In this document: one piece after another, positions 29,202-40,247 of the stretch
Numbering within the stretch: position 1 is the first letter of the stretch
Layout of the letters: every line of letters begins with the position of its first letter
NCBI GenBank assembly: GCA_048884965.1
Contig: JBHLQH010000022.1
Location: forward strand, 1-56,909
Source of the DNA: Candidatus Thorarchaeota archaeon
Lineage (GTDB): Archaea > Asgardarchaeota > Thorarchaeia > Thorarchaeales > Thorarchaeaceae
DNA length: 56,909 nucleotides
Reading direction: 5' to 3'
The notes under the pieces: generated by a model
Seen by the model: the letters and a program-made list of their open reading frames with translations, nothing else
What the model was told of the DNA's origin: nothing
Database searches by the model: none
Position numbers and translations under genes: made by a program

Positions 29202-30116
29202 CTATATCTCATCAACTGTGGCAGCTATCATTTCCCTAAGCTTGGTATCACGAATACCATGAAACAGCTTCGCAGGATACGGGATCGAGGTAACATGATA
29301 ATTAACACCCGGTAATTCACTAAGATGTTTTGCTATCACATCTGCTCTTCGAATGTGTTCAGAGATGAATACAGCAAACATTCGAGCCTCGGATGCAGTG
29401 ACTAGCGCAAACCAGAACTCATCTGGATAGTTCGCTTGCAGCCAAGTTTGGATTTCCTCTGCATTTGCTAGTTTCTCATCCCATGATAGTCGAAGTACAT
29501 AGCGTGTTGTTTCACTCGCATTGATATTTTGACGAGCAGTAAAGACGACACCCTGCCCCTCTATTAGCTCATTGAGAATCTTACGAACCTTTTTTGTAGT
29601 CATTCCTCCTTTGACCGCAATTTTTGAGATAGGCATTCTAGGATCGTCTAAGAGCACCTTGATGACTCTCAATTGAGTTTTCGTGAACTCCACTTTCCTT
29701 CCTTTATGTCGGTTGATGAGTGGATTCATTTCGACTTCACCAATTCCTTTCAACGATCTAAGGTACGAGCTTAGATTGGCAAGTCCATCTGTGCCATTGT
29801 ACTCAGCCCATATGATTAGCCACCTATATGAATCGAATCCGACTCGAGTGACATGGGGATGCTCTCCGATTCTCGTGATTATCTCATCTGATCTCTTCGT
29901 ATCCAGAACCTCTGCAAGAGCCAGCACTGGTTCTACATCCGCCATTGCATGACTGAGTCTTATTTGGAAACTATCTATGGCTCCTGTCTCAATTAGATTG
30001 TTGATTCTTCGTTTGACAGAATTGGCAGTGATGTTCAAGGAACGAGCTAAGGTTTCATATGAAATACGACAATTCATCCGTAATTCGGATAGGATTATTC
30101 TATCAGTTTTGTCCAT
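29202..30116 (-). CDS. Tandem (duplicated) Lrp/AsnC family transcriptional regulator
   Basis: Two HTH_AsnC units: MDKTDRIILSELRMNCRISYETLA and FTKTQLRVIKVLLDDPRMPISKIA. Divergent from the PLP lyase gene. Confidence 0.85.
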   Translation of the reverse strand: MDKTDRIILSELRMNCRISYETLARSLNITANSVKRRINNLIETGAIDSFQIRLSHAMADVEPVLALAEVLDTKRSDEIITRIGEHPHVTRVGFDSYRWLIIWAEYNGTDGLANLSSYLRSLKGIGEVEMNPLINRHKGRKVEFTKTQLRVIKVLLDDPRMPISKIAVKGGMTTKKVRKILNELIEGQGVVFTARQNINASETTRYVLRLSWDEKLANAEEIQTWLQANYPDEFWFALVTASEARMFAVFISEHIRRADVIAKHLSELPGVNYHVTSIPYPAKLFHGIRDTKLREMIAATVDEI

Positions 30117-30287
30117 CTTTATCCCCGCTGCCAAAGGGATGGAGGTACTCTAAGATAGAGTAAATTCTCATTCCAAGGGAATTGCACGTACAAGAGTCAT
30201 ATTATAATGAAACGGTTCACGTATTCATAGCAAAATGATGATATTGTGCTATGTTGCTGATAAATGAAAAGGAGCAAGTAAGATTCG

Positions 30288-31469
30288 ATGACTATAAGGA
30301 AACGCGGCCTCTCTACAAGAAGTGTTCAAGGAAACGAGAGAGCCAAAGCCGGACCCGCCGTAGAACCAATAGTTCAGACTTCTACATTCATCTTTGAAAA
30401 TCAGCAAGAGATGCTTGATGCTGTACAAGGCAAATCAGAGAAGCATGTATACACAAGATGGAGTAATCCAACAACTAGGAACGCAGAACAGAAGATAAGT
30501 GCACTTGAAAGTACAGATGACACTCTTCTTCTTGCTTCAGGGATGGCCGCTATCTCATCGACCGTGTTCGGCTTCTTAAAGAAAGGGAGTAGGATTCTTG
30601 CATGTGATTCCATCTATGGTGGTACTCTGCATCTTTTCAAGGACCTTCTACCAAATCAAGGGATAGAGGTGGATTTTCATCCGCTAGAAGGATTTGCTGA
30701 TGCCGTTGAGGATTCGTATGGTGCATATGATATGTGTTACTTTGAAACACCTACCAATCCTGTGCTAGGAATTGTCGATATAAGGAAAGTAGCACACGCA
30801 GCGAGCTCCGTATCAACATTGTCAGTTATCGATAACACCTTCGCAACACCAATTAATCAGAGACCACACGAACTTGGTGTAGATGTAGTCATCCATAGTG
30901 CAACCAAGTATCTTGGAGGCCATAGTGACATTATTGCTGGAAGTGTTTCTGGGTCAACAGAACACATAACCAAGGTTAGAACAGCGGCAAAACTCCTTGG
31001 AGGGACAATTGATCCCTTTGCAGCATTCCTTCTGGAACGAGGTATCAAGACACTAGCCGCTAGAATGGTTTGGCACAATTTCAACGCTCTATTCTTGGCT
31101 GATAAGCTTTCAATGGATTCACGTATATCAAAGATCCATTACCCTGGATTACCGAATCATCCGAATCATTCAGTAGCAAGACGTCAAATGTCAGGATATG
31201 GTGGAATGATAGCAATCGATCTGGACGCAAACTTAGAAGCCACAAGGACGTTTGTTGATTCTCTGGAGCTCTTTCTAAATGCCGTTTCCTTAGGTGGTGT
31301 CGAAAGCCTTGCGAGCATTCCTGCATTGACAACTCATTATGGATTCTCTCGAGAAGACCTAGCAAAGACGAACATATGCGATTCAACTGTCCGACTATCG
31401 GTTGGTATCGAGGACCCAGAAGATTTGCTCATGGACATCAAGCAAGCTTTGACTCAAGCAATCGGCTAG
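30288..31469 (+). CDS. Cys/Met metabolism PLP-dependent enzyme (cystathionine gamma-synthase/lyase or methionine gamma-lyase)
   Basis: YTRWSNPT, ASGMAAIS, ETPTNP, DNTFATP, HSATKYLGGHSD (PLP Lys), AVSLGGVESL and RLSVGIED motifs. Confidence 0.92.
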   Translation: MTIRKRGLSTRSVQGNERAKAGPAVEPIVQTSTFIFENQQEMLDAVQGKSEKHVYTRWSNPTTRNAEQKISALESTDDTLLLASGMAAISSTVFGFLKKGSRILACDSIYGGTLHLFKDLLPNQGIEVDFHPLEGFADAVEDSYGAYDMCYFETPTNPVLGIVDIRKVAHAASSVSTLSVIDNTFATPINQRPHELGVDVVIHSATKYLGGHSDIIAGSVSGSTEHITKVRTAAKLLGGTIDPFAAFLLERGIKTLAARMVWHNFNALFLADKLSMDSRISKIHYPGLPNHPNHSVARRQMSGYGGMIAIDLDANLEATRTFVDSLELFLNAVSLGGVESLASIPALTTHYGFSREDLAKTNICDSTVRLSVGIEDPEDLLMDIKQALTQAIG

Positions 31470-32644
31470 GAAACAGATCTGCCTCTAATCCGGAAATAGT
31501 AAACTAATGCCAGAATGGTTGGTATCGTAGCAGTCAATATTATTCCAACAAGTAGAATATCAACCTGATTTGTATTCACAGTAAATTCCAGTATTGAAGG
31601 AATTATCCAATCCTCCATAGCCGTATTTGACCATCCCGATGTTGCTGTAAATACGGTTACAAGATCATACTCAGGGGCTACGAAAATATATTGACCCGCA
31701 TACCCCATTGCTTGATAGACACCTATTGAATCATGAGTCCATATCTGATAGCCATACCCTAGGCCGTAGAATGCAATAGTATGTGTCATTGTTGCTTCCC
31801 TGACGTATCCAGAAGATATGATTTGATTTGTTCCCCAGGTGCCATTATGGAGCAAAAGTAAGCCTAGTTTTGCCATATCTCTCGGACGAAGAGTAAGTGT
31901 GTTTCCCCCAATTGTAATACCTTGGCTATTCTCTCTCCAATGATATTCCGATATTCCTAATGGCTCAAAAAGGTGGATCCCAGCAAATTCATCAGCTGTC
32001 ATTCCTGTTGCATTTTGAATTATAGCTGAAAGGAGAAGTGACGCACCAGAATTATAGTTGAAGACGGTTCCGGGAGCATAAGACATGGGTCTGTCGAGGA
32101 CAAATTGAACCCAATCAGCAGATCTCAACATTTGATTATACTCGCTCATACCAGCATCGGAATTATCATCCCAGTCGAAACCTGCTCTCATTGTAAGCAA
32201 GTCTTCCAAGGTGATTGCTTGCTTCCAGTCATCCATGTTCTGAATGTCACGGTCCGCAAAGTAGGGGAGAATTGGAACACTGGTATTGGAAATGTATCCC
32301 TGATCTATTGCGATTCCTACTAGCATTGAGGTCACGGTCTTTGTACAAGAGAAGATATTCATTGATGTGTTTTCGTCAAAGAAATCATAATACTGCTCGA
32401 GAACAATTCTGCCATGGCGAACGATGACTATTGAGTTAATCGAGAGCATATTCTCATTAATATATTCAAGCATGTCTTGCAGGTGCTCAGATGACATATT
32501 CTCAGCTTCAGGTGAAGAAATGGTCCATTCGTCCAGAGGGAATTCCGATTCTGTTGCCGCGAATCTGATATTTGTTGAGGTTGCTTCAGAGATCATCAGC
32601 ACTCCGAATAGAAATATTATGATGATGATTTTGAAGACTCTCAT
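31466..32644 (-). CDS. Membrane-anchored serine hydrolase, beta-lactamase/6-aminohexanoate-dimer hydrolase (NylB-like) family
   Basis: SCTK (SxxK), LLTMRAG, PGTVFNYNS and RPRDMAKLG motifs. Signal peptide and C-terminal TM. Confidence 0.88.
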   Translation of the reverse strand: MRVFKIIIIIFLFGVLMISEATSTNIRFAATESEFPLDEWTISSPEAENMSSEHLQDMLEYINENMLSINSIVIVRHGRIVLEQYYDFFDENTSMNIFSCTKTVTSMLVGIAIDQGYISNTSVPILPYFADRDIQNMDDWKQAITLEDLLTMRAGFDWDDNSDAGMSEYNQMLRSADWVQFVLDRPMSYAPGTVFNYNSGASLLLSAIIQNATGMTADEFAGIHLFEPLGISEYHWRENSQGITIGGNTLTLRPRDMAKLGLLLLHNGTWGTNQIISSGYVREATMTHTIAFYGLGYGYQIWTHDSIGVYQAMGYAGQYIFVAPEYDLVTVFTATSGWSNTAMEDWIIPSILEFTVNTNQVDILLVGIILTATIPTILALVYYFRIRGRSVS

Positions 32645-32730
32645 ATGACCTCACCTTTTATTGATACTAGTACTGAGAATCCGAATCAAATTAAAAGGAA
32701 AAAGATTGAAGCAATGTTCTTGTAGTTAAT

Positions 32731-33195
32731 TCATTGTGCTATGCTCTCTATCATTTCAATCAGTTTCGTCTCTGCATCTAGGGTATAAGGTCCTGAGGTG
32801 CGGAATAAAATCGTGCCATCCTTTTGCACAACGAAAATGTAGATGAGGTCTTCTTTTTCTATCTCTAGCGCACGTTTGAAAGGTTCTTTATCTATGTACA
32901 GTGTAATAGTTCTCCGTCGGGTATCTTTTGACGGAATCCCTGCTTTCATTCCCCCATCTATGAATTTTCTCGCGATGAAATTAAGTCTTCTAATTGTAGG
33001 AAGTTCATAATATTCAATGGATCGATGCGTATTGACTAGGTTTTCAAGTGTTGGCACCCAGCTATCAACCCAAGCTTGCTGCCATTGCTGAAATGCGACC
33101 ACTAGAATGTTGATCTCACCATCCAAATCATGTGGGATGAGTTTCTGCTCCCCCAAAAGATTGCTACCGACGACTTGAGGGAATAGTTGATTCAA
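32731..33195 (-). CDS. ATP10-like (thioredoxin-fold) protein
   Basis: FPQVVGSNL.G....P.DL.G...ILVVAF...QQ..VDSW, YELPTI and FIDGGMKAGIP motifs. TTG at 33195 overlaps the upstream stop, with AGGAGG 10 nt before it. Confidence 0.65.
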   Translation of the reverse strand: MNQLFPQVVGSNLLGEQKLIPHDLDGEINILVVAFQQWQQAWVDSWVPTLENLVNTHRSIEYYELPTIRRLNFIARKFIDGGMKAGIPSKDTRRRTITLYIDKEPFKRALEIEKEDLIYIFVVQKDGTILFRTSGPYTLDAETKLIEMIESIAQ

Positions 33196-34094
33196 GAATG
33201 ATTTCCTCCTTTTGTTCCACATTCGATCTCATCGAAGATTCTAAGATAGGACCACGAATCAATGCCGAGTACCTCTTCTGTCTTGGTCCATATCTCTCTT
33301 TGCAAATTCTCATCATTACTAGCTTTGGATGATTTCTTCTCTTTCGAGTCAGCATAGTACTTTCCACTAATTCCTCTAACTTGAGGAGAGCTAGCTAAGA
33401 AAATAGAGGTTTCAGCTCCTCTTGCAGGGGACATTGCAAGAGAACTTGCCAGCTTCATGATGGCTTTTCTTCCTCTTGTTGCATTCGTCTTACCAAATTG
33501 CGTATTCACAAAGCCGGGGTGCAGTACATTTATTGTGATGGATGTATTCTCCAGTCTTCTTGCCATTTCATATGTGAACATCACATTGAGAAGTTTCGCG
33601 GCCCCATAGGAACGAAATGACCCATATCTTTCATTCTGAAAGTCTTCCAAATTGATCTTTCCCATTTGATGAGCAGAAGAGCTTACATTCACGATTCTGG
33701 GAGAATCACTGCACTTCAGTAAAGTGAGAAGCTCGTGTGTAAGCAGAAATGGAGCAAGGTGGTTGACTGCTAACGTGACTTCATTGCCTTCCTCTGTAAC
33801 CATTCGATGCTGATTCACACCGCCTGCATTATTGACAAGAACGTCAATTTTTTCATAGCGGCTTTTGACTTCAGATGCTAGGTGTTTCACTTCCTGCATC
33901 AATGAAAGGTCCGCTATCAGTAGGTCTACTTTCTGATTACCTGTGGCTTCAATTATCTCCTTTCTAGCGACCTCCCCTTTCTCAGTGGATCTTGAAACCA
34001 TTACAACGTGAGCATTCATCATTGCCAATGCTTTGGCAGTTTCCTTTCCAATTCCAGAATTACTTCCAGTAATAACACATACTTTCCCTGACAT
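33192..34094 (-). CDS. SDR oxidoreductase, retinol-dehydrogenase-like
   Basis: ITGSNSGIG, VNNAG, RIVNVSS, YGAAK and LHPGFVNT motifs. Start uncertain (34094-34112). Confidence 0.9.
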   Translation of the reverse strand: MSGKVCVITGSNSGIGKETAKALAMMNAHVVMVSRSTEKGEVARKEIIEATGNQKVDLLIADLSLMQEVKHLASEVKSRYEKIDVLVNNAGGVNQHRMVTEEGNEVTLAVNHLAPFLLTHELLTLLKCSDSPRIVNVSSSAHQMGKINLEDFQNERYGSFRSYGAAKLLNVMFTYEMARRLENTSITINVLHPGFVNTQFGKTNATRGRKAIMKLASSLAMSPARGAETSIFLASSPQVRGISGKYYADSKEKKSSKASNDENLQREIWTKTEEVLGIDSWSYLRIFDEIECGTKGGNHS

Positions 34095-34211
34095 ATCTTC
34101 CATTTCATTCATCTCAAAAGTAGTATTAACTATAGTAAATTTATCCCTTATAAGTTCTTTGAACCAGTTTCCTGCCTTACATTCCCATTTATTATTCATA
34201 GATTCGTTTTG

Positions 34212-35123
34212 ATGAATAGAGATATCAGGAGAATAGCAAGAGACCTAGATGGAAGTGATTGGCAATTGGAGCTACCTTTAGTCGTAGTGCATGGCGGAGC
34301 TGGTGACTGGAAAGACGAAAAGATACCAATTGGAGTTGAGCATGTTGAAGTTGCTGCAAAGATTGGATTCCAAGTTCTTCTAGATGGAGGGAGTGTTCTA
34401 GACGCAGCAGAGCAATGTACGTTATACATGGAAAGTTGTGGTATGCTGAATGCTGGGAGAGGTGCAACAAGGAATGCTCTTGATCAACAAGAGCTTGATG
34501 CCATGATAATTGATGGTGAGAATCTAAGATTTGGTTCTGTAGCATCTATTAGAGGTATTGAGAATCCAATCTCCTTGGCGCGATATATAATGGAGAAGAC
34601 CGAGTATGTGTTCTTTGCAGGAGACGGGGCACTTGCACAATACAAGAATATGATTCAGGAAGGATATAGACAAGAGGTTACTCAGGGTGTCATAGAAAAA
34701 CCTCTTCTTCCAGATACGATGGATACTGTTGGATGCATCATCGTTGATAGTAAGGGAAGAACAGCAGCTACCTCTTCAACAGGCGGACTAAAGAATAAGC
34801 CATTAGGAAGAGTTGGAGACTCTCCCGTCTTTGGATCTGGAGCATTCGCTAATGACGTGGGTGTAGCTTCAGCAACTGGTTTCGGAGAGCACATCATGAG
34901 AGTGACCTTATGTCGAGATGTCGTGTCACATATTGAACATGGTATGGATGTGCAATTGGCAGCCGATAAAGGGATTTCATTCTTTTCAGAAAAGACTAAG
35001 AGTGAAGCAGGAATCATTGCAGCAGATGTCAAAGGCAATTGGGGCAAGTCTACAAACGCAAAGGCAATGCCCGTTGCCATTATCCGACAGCAAATTGGAA
35101 ATCTTGAGTCCTATACGAAATAG
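34212..35123 (+). CDS. Isoaspartyl peptidase/L-asparaginase (Ntn-hydrolase, IaaA-like)
   Basis: VHGGAG, NAGRG, ELDAMI, D|TVG nucleophile, SSTGG, GRVGDSP and ATG.GE motifs. Confidence 0.9.
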   Translation: MNRDIRRIARDLDGSDWQLELPLVVVHGGAGDWKDEKIPIGVEHVEVAAKIGFQVLLDGGSVLDAAEQCTLYMESCGMLNAGRGATRNALDQQELDAMIIDGENLRFGSVASIRGIENPISLARYIMEKTEYVFFAGDGALAQYKNMIQEGYRQEVTQGVIEKPLLPDTMDTVGCIIVDSKGRTAATSSTGGLKNKPLGRVGDSPVFGSGAFANDVGVASATGFGEHIMRVTLCRDVVSHIEHGMDVQLAADKGISFFSEKTKSEAGIIAADVKGNWGKSTNAKAMPVAIIRQQIGNLESYTK

Positions 35124-35135
35124 ATGTGTGGTTTC

Positions 35136-38087
35136 ATGAGTGAACAACTAGATTCGAACCGTTCTTGGTCTTTGGCATACTCATTCAGTTCACTTAGACG
35201 TCAACCACTAAAGAATATCGGAATCGTGATTTTTCTAGCCTTCAACATTGCTATTCCCACTACAGTCTTTGCATGGACTGATACGTCAATCTATCTTGCA
35301 GTTGAAGATCACTTTTCTGCGAATGCGTATCAGATGCTAGCTAAAACAAATCTAAGGTCAGATTATACAATTCTTCAGTCTTTAGAGGAGCGAAGTGACC
35401 TGTACGATACAATCGAGGCTATTGATTATTTTCCAAGTACTGTAGGAATTCTAACTAATAGCAATACTCTCTTGTGGAGCACCTATTTTCAAAATTCTCC
35501 AATGCCTGCTTCCGGGATAAACGACTTCAGACTCATACCGGTGACCAATGAGATAATTGATCGGATAATGGGAGAATTCGTATGGAATGGCGAATCAAGA
35601 TTAGAAAGTGGGCAGATTCTCATTTCTGAAAGATTAGTATATCATGTATGGCGGACACACGAGATTCTATTGGAACCGGGAATGAAACTTGACTTTGACA
35701 TCCTTCCTGATATGCCAACTACACGGAATGGTAATCCCATACTCGCATATCGCTGGAATGTTGACATAATAAGCAAGGCAAATTACACCATCGCCGGAAT
35801 CTATAAACTGAAGACACTCTCGACTCTGCTTGCTCAAGCATTTCCATCTATCCTTCGCCCTGATCCTTGGCCTGAACACATCAATGATATGGAATCTGTC
35901 CTCGGACTGGAAGACTCAGTGATGATACTGCAAGATGAAATAGACCCTCAAGATATGGATGTGATGTCGAGGGAGGGATACTTCGAGCCTGTTACTCTTT
36001 TCAGAGGCGATATCTCTAGACTGGTAGATCTAGGCCCCAAGAATATTGAGGATAATCTACTTGAGGTCAAAGTCCAGATTGAGGACGCAGTACCAAGAGT
36101 TTTCCTTATAGGAGCATCGACTCTTTCAGAGATTGCAGTGATGGTAGAAGCCTTCGAGCAAGGGCAAATACTTACTCTAGTGGCATTACCGATCATGTTC
36201 CTGAGTATCTTTGTGACCATTTATACTACCGAATCTTCATTGAGCCATAGAAAGCTGGAAATTACTGTACTTCGAGCAAAAGGTGCTTCATACAACCAAG
36301 TGATTACGAGTATAATGTGGGAATCAATGCTTCTTTCATTATCAGGCCTTGTACTAGGTTTTATCTTTACAGCATTAATGGCTCCAGTTATTGGCTCATC
36401 AACTGGCCTGTTCTCCATCAATATTATCGAGTTCTTTCGATTCTTTCATTCGCTAAGAATTCCCTATCTCTCATTCGCGATTGCAGTCATTTTGAGTCTG
36501 TTCCTACCTGGACTATACCTATACCAGATTGAGAGAAGAATCAACGTCTTCGAGATTGGGAATCCAGACAAAAACGATGACGAAGAGCGAATAAAGGAGT
36601 CATATCTTCCGCATTATATAATCATCCTATTGGGAATCATCATCTTCACGCTTATAGCTCCATGGGTACTTCATCTTCTCGATGTTTCTTCAGCAATCGG
36701 ATTACTCCTTGTAACTGCGAGTCTAATACTTGGATCATTTTTTGGATCAAGAGTGATCCAGTTAGGCATCTCAAAGGTATATGCAAAGATTGGATTCAAA
36801 CTAGGAGAGAGGGCATTATATGTTCATCAAAGTCTTAGGCGACGAAGAGGAAAATTCATTCCATTAATGATCATTCTGACTCTATCGCTCACAAGTTCTA
36901 CTATGATGCTTATAGAAAGTTCAAGTTTCGCTGAAACAATCCATAATGATATTGTGTATTCCTTTGGAGGAGACCTTCGTGCTGAAGCATATGTTCCATA
37001 TCCATTCTCAATTATTGATAACTTGGAAGAGAAAGATAATATCAATCTTGTAACACCAGTCACTAAGCATTTGGTCACCTATGAAGGCAATCGATTGTTC
37101 ATGATCGGCGTCGATGCAGAAAAATATCTACAGATCGGAACCTTCACTGCGGATACATTTCCAGAAAGTTCAGCTACAGAGATTCTAGATGCTCTTGAAG
37201 ATACTCCATACGGAGTTATACTGCCAAAATACTACGCGGATCTCCTAAGCAAAGATGTAGGTGATTCCATTCTAGTGAGAGTGACGAACGTTTTTCCGAT
37301 TCTACTCACTATTGTTGGCGTAATGGAAAGCGCACCTGGTTTTGGTGATGCCTGCCTGCATGATTCATATCAAGATACTATAGTATCGAATTTGGGTTTC
37401 CAAATACCGCAAGATGGATTCCTACTAGTGAACTATGAGATGGTTTCATCCTTTCTTTCAACGTATGAAACTGACCTATTTCTAATGGATGTCGATATTG
37501 ATGATGGATTTGTAGATCTATACGATGAGATTCTCAGTGAGTACAGGTTTGACCTTTTAACTCCTCACTGGAATCTTCTTCCTGACCGGGAGCGATTAAT
37601 AGTGGCTGATGACTCCGTCTTTTATTCGCGACAGCCACCAATCTACTTCGAGATAGAGCGTTTCACTGGAGGGCTCCAAGGGATTGCTCTTGTCTGTACT
37701 CTGGCATGTCTGGTAATGGCGATATCCTCAATTGGACTGTTTTTTGGGGCCGCCATAAACGATAGAAGATCAGAATATGCAATACTTAGAGCTGTAGGCG
37801 CAAAGCAAGAGGATGTCTATGCAATAGTTGTCAATGAGTTCGCTGGTCTAGTGATAACAACACTTTTTGTTAGTATTGGTCTGGGTGTAATCTTTGGCTA
37901 TGCAGCCACATATCTGATTCTCAGTCTTTCTCCATTCACTCCCATCTTGAGTGAAACAATTTCATTACCATTGTATGGATCATTGCTCGTATTCGGAACA
38001 GAGTTTGTTTCTTTACTTCTGGCTTGTTATTTCCCAGCACGAAAAGCAGCGAGCATGAACATACTAGAAGACCTACGAAATCTTTAG
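35136..38087 (+). CDS. ABC transporter permease, FtsX/MacB family (duplicated)
   Basis: Two FtsX-type motifs (RKLEITVLRAKGAS; RRSEYAILRAVGA), two large extracellular loops and PARKAASMNILEDLR C-terminus. Confidence 0.85.
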   Translation: MSEQLDSNRSWSLAYSFSSLRRQPLKNIGIVIFLAFNIAIPTTVFAWTDTSIYLAVEDHFSANAYQMLAKTNLRSDYTILQSLEERSDLYDTIEAIDYFPSTVGILTNSNTLLWSTYFQNSPMPASGINDFRLIPVTNEIIDRIMGEFVWNGESRLESGQILISERLVYHVWRTHEILLEPGMKLDFDILPDMPTTRNGNPILAYRWNVDIISKANYTIAGIYKLKTLSTLLAQAFPSILRPDPWPEHINDMESVLGLEDSVMILQDEIDPQDMDVMSREGYFEPVTLFRGDISRLVDLGPKNIEDNLLEVKVQIEDAVPRVFLIGASTLSEIAVMVEAFEQGQILTLVALPIMFLSIFVTIYTTESSLSHRKLEITVLRAKGASYNQVITSIMWESMLLSLSGLVLGFIFTALMAPVIGSSTGLFSINIIEFFRFFHSLRIPYLSFAIAVILSLFLPGLYLYQIERRINVFEIGNPDKNDDEERIKESYLPHYIIILLGIIIFTLIAPWVLHLLDVSSAIGLLLVTASLILGSFFGSRVIQLGISKVYAKIGFKLGERALYVHQSLRRRRGKFIPLMIILTLSLTSSTMMLIESSSFAETIHNDIVYSFGGDLRAEAYVPYPFSIIDNLEEKDNINLVTPVTKHLVTYEGNRLFMIGVDAEKYLQIGTFTADTFPESSATEILDALEDTPYGVILPKYYADLLSKDVGDSILVRVTNVFPILLTIVGVMESAPGFGDACLHDSYQDTIVSNLGFQIPQDGFLLVNYEMVSSFLSTYETDLFLMDVDIDDGFVDLYDEILSEYRFDLLTPHWNLLPDRERLIVADDSVFYSRQPPIYFEIERFTGGLQGIALVCTLACLVMAISSIGLFFGAAINDRRSEYAILRAVGAKQEDVYAIVVNEFAGLVITTLFVSIGLGVIFGYAATYLILSLSPFTPILSETISLPLYGSLLVFGTEFVSLLLACYFPARKAASMNILEDLRNL

Positions 38088-38144
38088 AATGAATAGAAGT
38101 TCTTAAGGTACCTTACATATCCGAGTATGTCAATACTGTTATGA

Positions 38145-40229
<2,085 letters not shown>

Positions 40230-40247
40230 GAGAGACCTCTCCAGATT

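Noticed and set aside
31466-32644. Beta-lactamase as an antibiotic-resistance gene
   Set aside because: The motifs fit the broad NylB/esterase-type serine hydrolase group, and nothing in the sequence supports beta-lactam specificity.
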